A stretch of 64,000 nucleotides of DNA from an uncultured Bacilli bacterium (GCA_947631295.1 CANRKU010000002.1:10274-74273); one strand, 5' to 3'; shown: positions 50,401 through 58,887, counted from the first letter of the stretch. Numbers and translations are program-made. Notes: generated by a model not told the origin, from the sequence alone.

Positions 50401-52297
50401 TATAACTGCAAATGGATCCAATGGTGGAAGCCAACGAGTTGCAGGAGGATCTTCTGGTGGAGGAAGTATCAATATCTTTACCAATCAACCTACTGGAATT
50501 AATCAATTAGGAATTATTACGAGTACAAAATATCAAGAGATTAAAGGAAAAACATCTAATATAGGGGGAGCAAGATTATTATCTGGAACAAGTGCTGGAG
50601 GAGCAGGAGGAAATGGAACACTAAATATTGGAGAAATTAGAAATGGCCAGTATTATGATTTAACAGAAATAATTGAACAGGATAAAGTAACCTATAAAGA
50701 TAGTGTAACTTTAAAAGGAGATAGTATTTTATCTATACTAAGTAATCCAGAATTGAAACCAGGATATTGGTACTTAAGTATAACTGGATTAGAAGAAAAT
50801 ATTGAATATCCAACTCATGTATATGTATATGATGGTAATCAACATTGGACAAGTGAAGATAATACGATATTTGGAGATGCACAAGATGTAGCAACAGCAA
50901 ATACCAATGCCCAAAATATGGTAATTGTAAAAGTAAATGGAGATTTGGAAATTGATGAAGGAGTAACAGTAAAACCATATTCCACTGAATACGGAGGACC
51001 GAAAGGATTTACACTATATGTAACAGGAAAATTAACGAATAAAGGAACAATCGATAATTCCCATGGAGCAAAAGCACCAGGAGAGAATGTATACTTATGG
51101 AAAAATGCTGATGGAAGTTATGAAATGGTACCAGCAACAGGAGGCTCAGGAGCTAATCCCGGAGGAAGTATTGGAGCCGGAAATAACGGAGGATCAGGAT
51201 CTAACCGTCAAACTGGAGGTGGAGGTTCAGGAGCTATTTCTGGTAAAGGCTCAGGAAGTGCAGGAACCAGCTATTCAGGAGGAACCGGTGGTGGTGGAAA
51301 TGGCGGAACTGCCGGTACAGCGAATGGAGGAGCAGGAGGAATAGGATATGCACCAACCTACCCAGGTGGAGGCGGAGCCGGAAATCCAGGCGGGGCCGGA
51401 GCATCAAGCTCATCAAAAGGAAGTAATGGAACCGGAGGATTATTAGTAATTTATGCCAATGAATATGAAAATACAGGAAATATAACTGCAAATGGATCCA
51501 ATGGTGGAAGTCAATGGGTTGCAGGAGGATCTTCTGGTGGAGGAAGCATTAATATCTTTACCTACGAATCTGTTAATAGTCAGGGTAGTGTTAAAGCAAA
51601 TGGTGGTTCAAGATTAAAAAGTGGAACAGATGCTGGAGGAGCAGGAGGAAATGGAACCATTACATTTAGACAAATTGAACTTCATTCTCAAGTCGATAAT
51701 AACCAAAATAATCTTTCAAATTCTATGAATTCTGTACCTAAAATCACAATTTCTGATTATAATTGGTCTAGTAAGAAGATAGTAAATATTACTTATCCTC
51801 AAGAACAATATATCAATGAATATAGTTTGGATTTAGGCACTACTTGGCTTCTATATAGTGATTCCATTACTGTATCAGAAGCAACAACAATTTTTGCAAG
51901 AAGCTTAAAAGATGGTAAAATAGTATCAAGCAGTAGTTTTCAAATCACCAAGATTGATTCTACCGAACCTACTATTGAACTTGATATTCCAGATAAAATA
52001 TTAAAAGGTAGCGATTATCAATTACCTACTAATTATTGGGTAGATAATACAAAATCTGGCGGAAGCGCTGTATGCAAAATCAATGATAGTGTAATCAATA
52101 ACACTAGTAGCTTAGATATTGGTAGCTATGAAATTATTTGCACAGTTACTACAGGAGTAGGTAAAGATAAAATTATTACCAAAAGTATAGAAATATATCA
52201 GGAAGAAGATATTCTTCCTCCTGATAATTCTACAAATATTCAAGGAAATCCATCTCAAACGGAAAATAATGCGAGTGAATTAAGCGGAGGTGACTAA
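44438..52297 (+). CDS. giant (2619-aa) N-terminally membrane-anchored surface protein with TSP-repeat stalk, multiple Ig-like (CHB_HEX_C-like) domains and duplicated Gly-rich module
   Basis: The track starts at GTG 44432; the likely start is ATG 44438 (AGGATG RBS). Lys-rich N-terminus then a signal-anchor helix IIFLLLLFLLVFCIFSISI. 19 TTSP(N/S/D)P repeats. About ten ~80-aa repeats of the pattern YYK(I/L)G.G..Q.YTGPF.V. Two near-identical Gly-rich modules. No LPXTG. Confidence 0.8.
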   Translation: MKKKKSKKKKIKKISQTTHKKITPAFDQTEQEEKTSKTITETHNQDIVEEKKKKKKKIIFLLLLFLLVFCIFSISITYGNSIYDAIEEQVIEVLNLKKPSAPEITGGSGEWAKERLIKVSKDATTKNGLDYYEYCISNSKNLKNCNWKKTTTKNTKVMETGIHYVVFRGVDKEGRKGYHSNIEIVYIDNNNPIIENITVDKITTTSIDIKVSARDEHSGIYNYFYSLDGINYEKGNPNYTYQNLEKEKEYTIYVKVDDKVGNTTFLSMQVKTLPEDDKNSTHESTTSPNPTTSPNPTTSPNPTTSPSPTTSPSPTTSPSPTTSPNPTTSPSPTTSPNPTTSPSPTTSPDPTTSPSPTTSPSPTTSPSPTTSPSPTTSPSPTTSPDPTTSPDPTTSPDPGKDDEKEEEDTEIPKINLDQVPLEFPYGSNYALPSYYHFGPSGGEVQCTVEGEIYTDTSTLKAGTHVIECIAKGNNGINVGVSKKVKVTVEEGIDEAWDGWIRLNLYYPEDSTNWQWRIGKEGEIRDGYDNTGWQDYTGPILVKLEDVDDVYIRYDLNGETVIIAPNGKTVVDIEPNKYSLLSDETTKVTIIYDKDAEVKEYKIGSGDWQEYTKPFVVGKNTLIEARVSKKIDVYDSDGNRLYTKTVSESDSVFIGEIVEHGSSKGTINGGSGSFESETVPNGNTVTRPSYDARPSEYLSGPNINISAEQISENIAVNITTEYDAREIYYKIGNGSYQLYTGSFTVTNNTTISSYYIRESDGRISSTSYRYINNIYRGEKPYVRINAIPDNYLTESLDSVEVTISGSNYDQLEYSLDGHIYYKYINPIIITDSTTVYAKGINQYGVTIEKLLITTKTPAIKKDNLDISILCNPDNSKDLINHTTVTIIYDNRATKKYYKLGKDSEYQEYTGPFEVYENTTVYAYAIGKNLEGETKRGIDFLTTGIMEPIIKVTPTTASNTVMVNIEFDKNANTKYYQINGGERLYYTGPFEIYENSEIYAYNSNALNYEKDSTYMIDNIVGLPNYLIIDKGKYYIIKLNYPSISNIEDREYKYGKNGVWKTYDEKGILLIKSEYQQEYMTGKYDGIEVEDKNGNKVIFTDHYYVTDTPFEKIMEDIYMRWSNTKLKAPEIVINEENYTKEVEVGILYSNLLTKKLYKIVNANGLDTGWLEYTGPFKVNENNTVVYAKGTTQSEITTETSYRIITNIDSINPEITVQGDFETPKREVIVTVSATDNMMLREVKWEKGDQSKEYFLRNGNSIKNQGTFTVTENGKYTIYAVDQAGNESVQVIEITNIDKDAPHIIIHVLTEKLGTKAEISIDYGDSDIKEFKIGENGTYQPYTENITLSSYDVYPLKNENGSITLYAKGTDIAGNTAEVSEVIYILDFDFPHSPIIYPSNGYPELTENGMILGTESYIVFDNTRDDIMNYYKIDNGNWTLYTNPITIVSGKIEAKSVKIGSGLTVTSTAEVSIPSDAVAENTYDKNMETFETIPKNTKKKFTLDNNLENRKIRFYLNNEPNINSYIKVYAKNNTELVTIPLTEIVTLLDIPTDGYIVEIYSGDSNLEIKEINLRDSNQDRKVKNPIITVNDNSWTTEKEISIIYPEGYTNQYSTDSGETWQTYTDSFKVSKFTTIIARALEEEKVVSASSMQITKIDTESLNIKLDLPNIIQVGYSIELPTSYYLGPSGGKTECIANDQVITNTNELGIGEYQITCTITSNIGPTKSITKSLKVIEVPDYGEESILKALSRDDIVTGKYNLKIVDQNYPVHVYVYDGNQHWTSEDNTIFGDAQDVATANTNAQNMVIVKVNGDLEIDEGVTVKPYSTEYGGPKGFTLYVTGKLTNKGTIDNSHGAKAPGENVYLWKNADGSYEMVPATGGSGANPGGSIGAGNNGGSGSNRQTGGGGSGAISGKGSGSAGTSYSGGTGGGGNGGTAGTANGGAGGIGYAPTYPGGGGAGNPGGAGASSSSKGSNGTGGLLVIYANEYENTGNITANGSNGGSQRVAGGSSGGGSINIFTNQPTGINQLGIITSTKYQEIKGKTSNIGGARLLSGTSAGGAGGNGTLNIGEIRNGQYYDLTEIIEQDKVTYKDSVTLKGDSILSILSNPELKPGYWYLSITGLEENIEYPTHVYVYDGNQHWTSEDNTIFGDAQDVATANTNAQNMVIVKVNGDLEIDEGVTVKPYSTEYGGPKGFTLYVTGKLTNKGTIDNSHGAKAPGENVYLWKNADGSYEMVPATGGSGANPGGSIGAGNNGGSGSNRQTGGGGSGAISGKGSGSAGTSYSGGTGGGGNGGTAGTANGGAGGIGYAPTYPGGGGAGNPGGAGASSSSKGSNGTGGLLVIYANEYENTGNITANGSNGGSQWVAGGSSGGGSINIFTYESVNSQGSVKANGGSRLKSGTDAGGAGGNGTITFRQIELHSQVDNNQNNLSNSMNSVPKITISDYNWSSKKIVNITYPQEQYINEYSLDLGTTWLLYSDSITVSEATTIFARSLKDGKIVSSSSFQITKIDSTEPTIELDIPDKILKGSDYQLPTNYWVDNTKSGGSAVCKINDSVINNTSSLDIGSYEIICTVTTGVGKDKIITKSIEIYQEEDILPPDNSTNIQGNPSQTENNASELSGGD
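45290..45631 (+). repeat. 19 tandem 18-bp repeats encoding TTSP(N/S/D)P
   Basis: Read directly in the DNA (acaaccagtccaaatcca and variants). It also produces a spurious alternative-frame ORF (45264..45686). Confidence 0.9.
49728..50483 (+). repeat. copy 1 of near-identical 756-bp intragenic tandem duplication (period 1080 bp)
   Basis: 49741-50483 matches 50821-51563 with only a handful of mismatches in the first ~130 bp, then apparently identical sequence for ~600 bp. Confidence 0.9.
50808..51563 (+). repeat. copy 2 of near-identical 756-bp intragenic tandem duplication
   Basis: See copy 1. Both copies are in frame (1080 = 360 codons) and encode HVYVYDGNQHW...GGSGANPGG...GGLLVIYANEYENTGNITANGSNGG. 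Confidence 0.9.
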
Positions 52298-52299
52298 AA

Positions 52300-52704
52300 A
52301 TGGATAAAAAAATAAAAGTGTGGTTTCAAAAATATAAATTACCAAGTATAATGATTGGATGCCTTATGTTAATTGGAATCATTACTGTTATTGGAATTAG
52401 TGTAGCAAAGCCTAGTGATGGTGATTTTCCTAATCAAGTAGTTGAAGGGCTATCTTTTGAAAATGCTAATTTAAAAACAGAAGATGGTATTACAACTTTT
52501 ACAGCGGAAATAGTAAATGAAAGTGGAAATATTATAACCTTAAAAACAATTAATATTAACATTAAAAATGCATCTGATGAAATAATTACACTAATTGGCT
52601 ATGTAGGCGAACAATTAGAAACAAATGAGTCCAAATTAATAACAGCTAGTATTGATAAAGAAATAACGGATGCATCTCAAGTAGAGTATACAATTAATCA
52701 TTAA
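52300..52704 (+). CDS. small membrane-anchored hypothetical protein
   Basis: Starts 3 nt after the giant gene stop. N-terminal TM IMIGCLMLIGIITVIGISV. 134 aa. Confidence 0.45.
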   Translation: MDKKIKVWFQKYKLPSIMIGCLMLIGIITVIGISVAKPSDGDFPNQVVEGLSFENANLKTEDGITTFTAEIVNESGNIITLKTININIKNASDEIITLIGYVGEQLETNESKLITASIDKEITDASQVEYTINH

Positions 52705-52824
52705 TGATATGATATTTGCTAGCAAGATATGAATTTTTAAAATCATAATAAATAAACTATATAGAGACTAAAGTTTGAATGAACCACTTGGAGTAGACAT
52801 TCAAAAAAGGTCTATTATAAGATA

Positions 52825-52853
52825 GAAAACTAAATTTTGGTTTTCTTTTTTTT
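52825..52853 (+). terminator. rho-independent terminator
   Basis: Stem gaaaac / gttttc with a 9-nt loop, followed by tttttttt. Confidence 0.5.
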
Positions 52854-52886
52854 ACACAAATTTCTATAAAAATTATTAAAAAAATA

Positions 52887-52916
52887 CTTGCTTTTTTGAT
52901 AAAACCTATGCTATAC
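52887..52916 (+). promoter_or_regulatory. S10 operon promoter (TTGCTT - 18 bp - TGcTATACT)
   Basis: TTGCTT at 52887-52892, TG at 52908-52909, TATACT at 52911-52916, followed by a ~130-nt leader before rpsJ. Confidence 0.5.
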
Positions 52917-53048
52917 TTTTAACTGTGTGGCTGCTTAGATGTGTGAGGTTGCTGATACGCCAGGATAAGTTGTTAAAATTTATTTAGGTAATTCAGGTTT
53001 TTACACGGAGCAAGTCTATACTAGATATAGGCGAAGGGAGGATTCGAA

Positions 53049-53366
53049 ATGTCAAAAGAAAAAGTTCGCATAAGATTAAAAGCATATGATCATAGAATTC
53101 TAGACAATGCTGCAAAGAAAATAGTAGAAACAGTTAAAAGATCTGGAGGAGAAATCAGTGGACCAGTACCACTTCCAACAGAAATTGAGAAATTCACTAT
53201 TTTAAGAGCTGTTCATAAATATAAAGACAGCCGTGAACAATTTGAAATGCGTACGCATAAAAGACTTATTGATGTCAAGAACCCAAGCAAGGAAACTATT
53301 GATGCATTAGCACATTTAGATTTACCAAGCGGTGTTGATATTCAAATCAAAGTAGAACAAAATTAA
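53049..53366 (+). CDS. rpsJ: 30S ribosomal protein S10
   Basis: The central portion, [44 protein letters not shown], is canonical S10. Confidence 0.95.
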   Translation: MSKEKVRIRLKAYDHRILDNAAKKIVETVKRSGGEISGPVPLPTEIEKFTILRAVHKYKDSREQFEMRTHKRLIDVKNPSKETIDALAHLDLPSGVDIQIKVEQN

Positions 53367-53382
53367 TTAGGAGGAAACAAAA

Positions 53383-54177
53383 ATGAAAGGAATCTTAGGG
53401 AAAAAGATAGGAATGACTCAAGTTTTCACTCAAAGTGGAAAATTAATTCCTGTTACAGTCATTGAAATCGAACCAAATGTTGTTACTCAAATCAAAACAA
53501 CAGAAAAAGATGGATATGATGCAATCCAATTAGGATGCGAAACAGTAAGACCAAAAGTAAGTAATAAAGCTAAAGTTGGTCATACAAACAAAGCAAATAC
53601 AGAACCTAAGCGCTTCTTAAGAGAAATCAGGGGAGTAAACGTAAACGATTATACATTAGGTCAAGTAATCGATGCTAGTATCTTTACAAAAGGAGAAATC
53701 GTTGATGTAAGTGGTGTTAGTAAAGGTAAAGGTTTCCAAGGTGTAATCAAACGTTATAACCAATCTCGTGGACCTATGGGACACGGTTCTCAATATCATA
53801 GAGGTGTTGGTTCATTAGGTACAATGTTACCAATGCACGTATTAAAAGGAAAAAAATTACCAGGTCATATGGGTAATGTTGCATGTACAATTCAAAATCT
53901 TGAAGTTGTAGATGTTGATTTAGAAAATAACGTTATCTTAGTAAAAGGTAATGTACCAGGTCCTAAAAAATCTTTAGTTATGATTAAAACATCAGTTAAA
54001 AAAGGTGAAAAAGTAAATGATACAGAAGAATTAATTTCTTATGTAGAAGTTGAAGCACCTGTTGATACTGTAGAAGAAAATACTGAAGTTGAAGTTAACG
54101 AAGAAGTTAATGATTCAGAACCAGAAACAGTAGAAACAGAAGTAACTGAAGAAAATCAAGAAGAAGTAAACGAATAA
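53383..54177 (+). CDS. rplC: 50S ribosomal protein L3 (with ~50-aa acidic C-terminal extension)
   Basis: [16 protein letters not shown]...; the tail [50 protein letters not shown] lies beyond the usual L3 end. Confidence 0.93.
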   Translation: MKGILGKKIGMTQVFTQSGKLIPVTVIEIEPNVVTQIKTTEKDGYDAIQLGCETVRPKVSNKAKVGHTNKANTEPKRFLREIRGVNVNDYTLGQVIDASIFTKGEIVDVSGVSKGKGFQGVIKRYNQSRGPMGHGSQYHRGVGSLGTMLPMHVLKGKKLPGHMGNVACTIQNLEVVDVDLENNVILVKGNVPGPKKSLVMIKTSVKKGEKVNDTEELISYVEVEAPVDTVEENTEVEVNEEVNDSEPETVETEVTEENQEEVNE

Positions 54178-54228
54178 TCACTGCATATAAATAAAAATTT
54201 AAAATTGTAGTGAAAGGAGGAATTAAAG

Positions 54229-54825
54229 ATGGAAAAACTAAAGGACGTTAAATTAAATAAAGAATTACTTAGTATAGAACCAAATGAAAAAGTTTTATAT
54301 GATGCTATCATTTTACAAAGAGCATCTTTAAGACAAGGAACTCACTCAACAAAAAATCGTAGTGAAGTTAGCGGTGGTGGAAGAAAACCATGGCGTCAAA
54401 AAGGAACAGGACATGCTCGTCAAGGATCTATCCGTGCAGTACAATGGGTAGGTGGAGGAAGATATGGTACTCCAGTTCCAAGAGATTACTCAAAGAAACA
54501 AAATCGTAAAGAAAGAAGATTAGCTTTACAAACAGCATTCTTAAGTATTTATAACAACAAACAATTAGTAGTAGTGGATTCTTTAAGTTTAGCTACACCA
54601 AAAACAAAAGAAATGATTACTATGCTAAATACATTAGAATTAGCTGATAAGAAAGTATTAATCGTAGTAAATGAATTAGACGAAAATCTAATCCTTGCAT
54701 CTCGTAACTTAAGAAATATAGCATTATTAGAACCAACAGAATTAAATGTACTTGATTTAAGTTATGCAGATTATGTATTAACTACAAAAGAAGGATTAGC
54801 AAGTATTGAGGAGGTGCTTAAATAA
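54229..54825 (+). CDS. rplD: 50S ribosomal protein L4
   Basis: GGGRKPWRQKGTGHARQGS motif. Confidence 0.93.
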   Translation: MEKLKDVKLNKELLSIEPNEKVLYDAIILQRASLRQGTHSTKNRSEVSGGGRKPWRQKGTGHARQGSIRAVQWVGGGRYGTPVPRDYSKKQNRKERRLALQTAFLSIYNNKQLVVVDSLSLATPKTKEMITMLNTLELADKKVLIVVNELDENLILASRNLRNIALLEPTELNVLDLSYADYVLTTKEGLASIEEVLK

Positions 54826-55109
54826 TGGATACAAAGTATTTAGAAATAATAAAAGCGCCAGTAGTTACTGAAAAATCAGCAACTTTAGGACAAGAAAGAG
54901 GACAATATGTTTTCAAAGTTGATCCTAGAGCTAATAAAATAGAAATTAAACAAGCAATTGAAAAAATATTTAATGTAAAAGTACAAGAAATTCGTACTTT
55001 AAACGTTAAACCAAAGAAAAGAAGAGTTGGACGTTACGCTGGACTTACAAATCGCACTAAGAAAGCTATTGTAACACTAGCTGAAGGTCAAACAATTGAA
55101 CTTAATTAA
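54825..55109 (+). CDS. rplW: 50S ribosomal protein L23
   Basis: [33 protein letters not shown] pattern. Confidence 0.92.
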   Translation: MDTKYLEIIKAPVVTEKSATLGQERGQYVFKVDPRANKIEIKQAIEKIFNVKVQEIRTLNVKPKKRRVGRYAGLTNRTKKAIVTLAEGQTIELN

Positions 55110-55123
55110 AAGGAGGGTTACTC

Positions 55124-55954
55124 ATGTCAGTAAGAAACTATAAGCCTAATACTCCAGGTCAAAGAAAAAAGAGTACTTTAGTAAATACCGAAATTACGAA
55201 AACTACTCCTGAAAAAAGCCTAGTAGTAAGCTTAAAGAAAAACGGTGGTCGTAACAATCAAGGAAGAATTACCGTAAGACATCAAGGTGGCGGAGCAAAA
55301 AGAAAATATCGTATAATTGACTTTAAAAGAAATAAATTCGATATTCCAGGTAAAGTTGCTAGTATTGAATACGATCCAAATAGAACTGCAAATATTGCAT
55401 TAATTAATTATAACGATGGTGAAAAGAGATATATCATCGCTCCAAAAAAACTTAGTGTAGGAGATGTTATTGTATCTGGTGAAAACGTAGATATCAAAAT
55501 AGGAAATGCACTTCCTATTATGAATATCCCAGTTGGTACTATGATTCATAATATCGAACTTCGTCCAGGAAAAGGTGGAGAATTAGCACGTAGCGCAGGA
55601 GCAAGTGCTCAAATCCTTGGACGTGAAGGAAACTATGTAATGGTTAGACTTTCAAGTGGTGAACAAAGATTAATTTTAGGAACTTGTTATGCTACTATTG
55701 GTGAAGTTGGAAACGAAGATCAAAATCTAGTAAGATTAGGAAAAGCTGGACGTACTCGTCATTTAGGAATTCGTCCAACCGTTCGTGGATCTGTTATGAA
55801 CCCTAATGATCACCCACATGGTGGTGGTGAAGGACGTGCACCAATCGGTCGTAAAGGACCTGTTACTCCTTGGGGTAAACCAGCACTTGGATATAAGACA
55901 AGAAAGAAAAAAGCGTCTGATAAATTTATCGTACGTCGTCGTAATAGTAAGTAA
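55124..55954 (+). CDS. rplB: 50S ribosomal protein L2
   Basis: [14 protein letters not shown] and WGKPA motifs. Confidence 0.95.
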   Translation: MSVRNYKPNTPGQRKKSTLVNTEITKTTPEKSLVVSLKKNGGRNNQGRITVRHQGGGAKRKYRIIDFKRNKFDIPGKVASIEYDPNRTANIALINYNDGEKRYIIAPKKLSVGDVIVSGENVDIKIGNALPIMNIPVGTMIHNIELRPGKGGELARSAGASAQILGREGNYVMVRLSSGEQRLILGTCYATIGEVGNEDQNLVRLGKAGRTRHLGIRPTVRGSVMNPNDHPHGGGEGRAPIGRKGPVTPWGKPALGYKTRKKKASDKFIVRRRNSK

Positions 55955-55968
55955 GGGAGGAGATTATT

Positions 55969-56238
55969 ATGGCAAGAAGTTCAAAGAAAAAACCTTATGT
56001 ATTTGAAAGATTACTAGCTAAGGTTGAAAAATTAAACGAAACTGGAAAAAAAGAAGTCATTAAAACATGGTCACGCCGTTCAACAATCTACCCTGCATTT
56101 ATTGGACATACATTTGCAGTACATAATGGAAAAGAATTTATTCCAGTATATGTTACTGAAGATATGGTAGGACACAAACTTGGAGAATTTTCACAAACTC
56201 GTAAGTTTGGTGGACATGGCGACAATAAGAAGAAATAG
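55969..56238 (+). CDS. rpsS: 30S ribosomal protein S19
   Basis: [35 protein letters not shown]. Confidence 0.95.
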   Translation: MARSSKKKPYVFERLLAKVEKLNETGKKEVIKTWSRRSTIYPAFIGHTFAVHNGKEFIPVYVTEDMVGHKLGEFSQTRKFGGHGDNKKK

Positions 56239-56257
56239 TGACTAGGAGGAGAAAAAT

Positions 56258-56590
56258 ATGGAAGCAAGAGCAATCGCAAAGACTCTTAGAGTATCACCTA
56301 TTAAAGCTCGTTTAGTAGTAGATTTAATTCGTGGAAAAAATGTAAATATTGCATTAGATATTTTAAACAATATGAATAAAAAGCCTGCTCGTCTTACAAA
56401 AAAAGTTCTTGAATCTGCTATTGCTAACGCTGTTAACAATAACGGTGCTAAACAAGAAGAGTTATTTGTAAAAGAAGCAAGAGTAGATGCTGGTCCAGTG
56501 ATGAAAAGACATATGTTTGACTCACGTAGTCACATTGGACATAACGATAAAAGAACAAGTCACATCGTAATCGTTGTGGCAACTAAGTAA
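56258..56590 (+). CDS. rplV: 50S ribosomal protein L22
   Basis: [27 protein letters not shown]. Confidence 0.93.
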   Translation: MEARAIAKTLRVSPIKARLVVDLIRGKNVNIALDILNNMNKKPARLTKKVLESAIANAVNNNGAKQEELFVKEARVDAGPVMKRHMFDSRSHIGHNDKRTSHIVIVVATK

Positions 56591-56610
56591 GCAAAGGAGG
56601 GTCAAGAAAA

Positions 56611-57264
56611 ATGGGACAAAAGGTAAATCCTAATGGACTAAGACTTGGAATTAATAAAGATTGGGACTCAAAATGGTATGCAAATAAAAAAGACTTTTCT
56701 AAATACTTAATGAATGATGTTAAAATTCGTGAATATTTTGAAAAAGGTCAAAAAACAAATGGTATCAGCAAAGTTCAAATCGAAAGAAATTCTAAAAGAA
56801 CAGAAGTAATTGTTCATACATCTAAACCTGGTGTAATCATCGGACGTGGTGGAGAACAAATCGAAGCTATGAAAAAAGATTTATCTAAGTTAGTAAACGA
56901 AGATATTCAAATTTCTATTGTAGATATTAAAAAACCTGATTTAAGTGCACAAATCGTTGCAGATTCTATTGCATCTCAAATCGAAAATCGTGCATCTTTC
57001 AGAATGGCTCAAAAAAGAGCAATCCGTAATGCTATGAAGGCAGGAGCTCAAGGTATTAAAACATTAGTATCTGGACGTTTAGGTGGAGCAGATATGGCTC
57101 GTAGCGAAGGATATACAGAAGGAACAATTCCTCTACATACTTTAAGAGCAGATGTTGATTATGCAGTTAGTGAAGCAGATACAACATTTGGTAAAATTGG
57201 AGTTAAAGTATGGATTTATAAAGGAGAAATCCTTCCTTCTAAAAAGACTAAAGGAGGTAATTAA
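56611..57264 (+). CDS. rpsC: 30S ribosomal protein S3
   Basis: [14 protein letters not shown] and the KH-domain segment GVIIGRGG. Confidence 0.95.
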   Translation: MGQKVNPNGLRLGINKDWDSKWYANKKDFSKYLMNDVKIREYFEKGQKTNGISKVQIERNSKRTEVIVHTSKPGVIIGRGGEQIEAMKKDLSKLVNEDIQISIVDIKKPDLSAQIVADSIASQIENRASFRMAQKRAIRNAMKAGAQGIKTLVSGRLGGADMARSEGYTEGTIPLHTLRADVDYAVSEADTTFGKIGVKVWIYKGEILPSKKTKGGN

Positions 57265-57266
57265 TT

Positions 57267-57698
57267 ATGTTAATCCCATCAAGAACAAAATATCGTCGTG
57301 TTCATAGATTACCTTACGAAGGTCATGCAAAAGGAAACAAAACCTTAGATAAAGGTGAATATGGACTTATGGCTAAAGAAGGTGCTTGGATTACATCAAA
57401 TCAAATCGAAGCAGCTCGTGTAGCTATGACACGTTATATGAAGCGTGGTGGAAAGGTATGGATTAATATTTTCCCACATATGCCTATCACAAAGAAACCT
57501 ATTGGTACTCGTCAAGGAAAAGGTAAAGGTAACGTTGAAGCTTGGGTAGCAGTAGTAAAAGAAGGAAAAATTATGTTTGAAATTGCTGGTGTAGATGAAG
57601 CAACTGCTCGTGAGGCATTAAGACTTGCTTCTCATAAACTACCAATTCAAACAAAATTTGTAAAAAAGGAAAATGGTGGTGAGATAAATGAAGGTTAA
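57267..57698 (+). CDS. rplP: 50S ribosomal protein L16
   Basis: [14 protein letters not shown]...RQGKGKG. Confidence 0.95.
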   Translation: MLIPSRTKYRRVHRLPYEGHAKGNKTLDKGEYGLMAKEGAWITSNQIEAARVAMTRYMKRGGKVWINIFPHMPITKKPIGTRQGKGKGNVEAWVAVVKEGKIMFEIAGVDEATAREALRLASHKLPIQTKFVKKENGGEINEG

Positions 57699-57891
57699 AG
57701 AAATTAGAGAACTAACCACTGAACAAATCGTTGCTAAAATTAAAGAAAGCAAAGAAGAATTATTCAACCTACGTTTTCAACAAGCAACTGGAAATTTAGA
57801 AAAACCTTCAAGAATTAGAGAGTTAAGACACGATGTAGCAAGATGTAAAACGGTACTTCGTGAGCGTGAATTAGCTGGGGAGGTTAAATAA
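57688..57891 (+). CDS. rpmC: 50S ribosomal protein L29
   Basis: [31 protein letters not shown]. Confidence 0.92.
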   Translation: MKVKEIRELTTEQIVAKIKESKEELFNLRFQQATGNLEKPSRIRELRHDVARCKTVLRERELAGEVK

Positions 57892-57893
57892 AG

Positions 57894-58151
57894 ATGGAAA
57901 AAGTAAAAAAAGAATTGGTTGGTACAGTAGTTAGTGCTTGTAACAACAAAACAATTACTGTTAAAGTAGAAACTTATAAAAAACATCCAAAATATGGAAA
58001 AAGAGTTAGATCATCAAAGAAATATGCAGTTCATGATGAAACAAACAAAGCAAAAGTAGGAGATACTGTTAGAATTGTTGAATGCAAACCAATTTCTAAA
58101 ACAAAACACTTCTATTTAGCTGAAATCGTAAAAGAAGCAGTTATTCTATAA
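57894..58151 (+). CDS. rpsQ: 30S ribosomal protein S17
   Basis: [22 protein letters not shown]...YAVHDE. Confidence 0.92.
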   Translation: MEKVKKELVGTVVSACNNKTITVKVETYKKHPKYGKRVRSSKKYAVHDETNKAKVGDTVRIVECKPISKTKHFYLAEIVKEAVIL

Positions 58152-58177
58152 CTCTTAGGTGAAGGAGGAAATAATTT

Positions 58178-58546
58178 ATGTTACAACAAGAAAGCCGTTT
58201 AAAAGTTGCTGATAACTCAGGTGCAAAAGAATTACTAGTAATTCGTGTACTTGGTGGAAGCAAAGTAAAAACTGGTAATATCGGTGACATAGTTGTTGGT
58301 ACCATCAAAGATGCCACACCTAATGGAACGGTAAAAAAAGGAAAAGTTGTGAAAGCAGTTATCGTAAGAAGTAAACAAGGACTTCGTCGCGATGATGGAA
58401 GTTACATTAAATTTGAAGACAACGCTTGCGTAATTATAAGAGATGATAAGAGTCCAGTTGGAACTCGTATCTTCGGACCAGTAGCACGTGAATTACGTGA
58501 CAAAGATTTCATGAAAATAGTATCTTTAGCTAAAGAAGTGCTATAA
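58178..58546 (+). CDS. rplN: 50S ribosomal protein L14
   Basis: [24 protein letters not shown]. Confidence 0.95.
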   Translation: MLQQESRLKVADNSGAKELLVIRVLGGSKVKTGNIGDIVVGTIKDATPNGTVKKGKVVKAVIVRSKQGLRRDDGSYIKFEDNACVIIRDDKSPVGTRIFGPVARELRDKDFMKIVSLAKEVL

Positions 58547-58557
58547 AGGAGGATATT

Positions 58558-58869
58558 ATGAAACTTAAAGTTGGAGACAAAGTAGTCGTAATAGCCGGAT
58601 CTAGTAAAGGAAAAGAAGGAAAGATTATTAAAACCTTAAGAAATGAAAATAAAGTCATCGTAGAAGGTGTTAATATCGTTAAAAAACATAGAAAAGGAAA
58701 TGGCCAAGAAACTGGTGGAATCCTTGAAGTAGAAGCACCAATTCATGCTTCCAACGTAATGTTAATCGACCCTAAGACAAAAAAAAGAACTAGAATCGGT
58801 TACACTATTGATGAAAAATCAAATAAAAAAATTAGAATTTCAAAAAAATCAAGTGAAAAGATTGATTAA
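58558..58869 (+). CDS. rplX: 50S ribosomal protein L24
   Basis: [23 protein letters not shown] (KOW motif). Confidence 0.93.
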   Translation: MKLKVGDKVVVIAGSSKGKEGKIIKTLRNENKVIVEGVNIVKKHRKGNGQETGGILEVEAPIHASNVMLIDPKTKKRTRIGYTIDEKSNKKIRISKKSSEKID

Positions 58870-58887
58870 TTGGAAGGAGGGTAATAT

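Noticed and set aside
49983-51491. Duplicated 93-aa (+) and 85-aa (-) ORFs within the giant gene
   Set aside because: Alternative-frame and antisense readings of the GGA/GGT-rich duplicated module. Their identity simply reflects the tandem DNA duplication.
52760-52800. Inverted repeat tttgaatg-N16-cattcaaa downstream of ORF 52300
   Set aside because: It is not followed by a T-run. The downstream gaaaac/gttttc + T8 hairpin (52825-52853) is the more convincing terminator.
55806-56439. Small ORFs overlapping rplB/rpsS/rplV (55806..56006 +, 56088..56279 -, 56242..56439 -), and other antisense ORFs inside uvrA, lgt, yvcK, gpmI, the M60 gene and elsewhere
   Set aside because: They are embedded in highly conserved, well-supported genes in other frames or strands. 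Low-complexity translations with no RBS.
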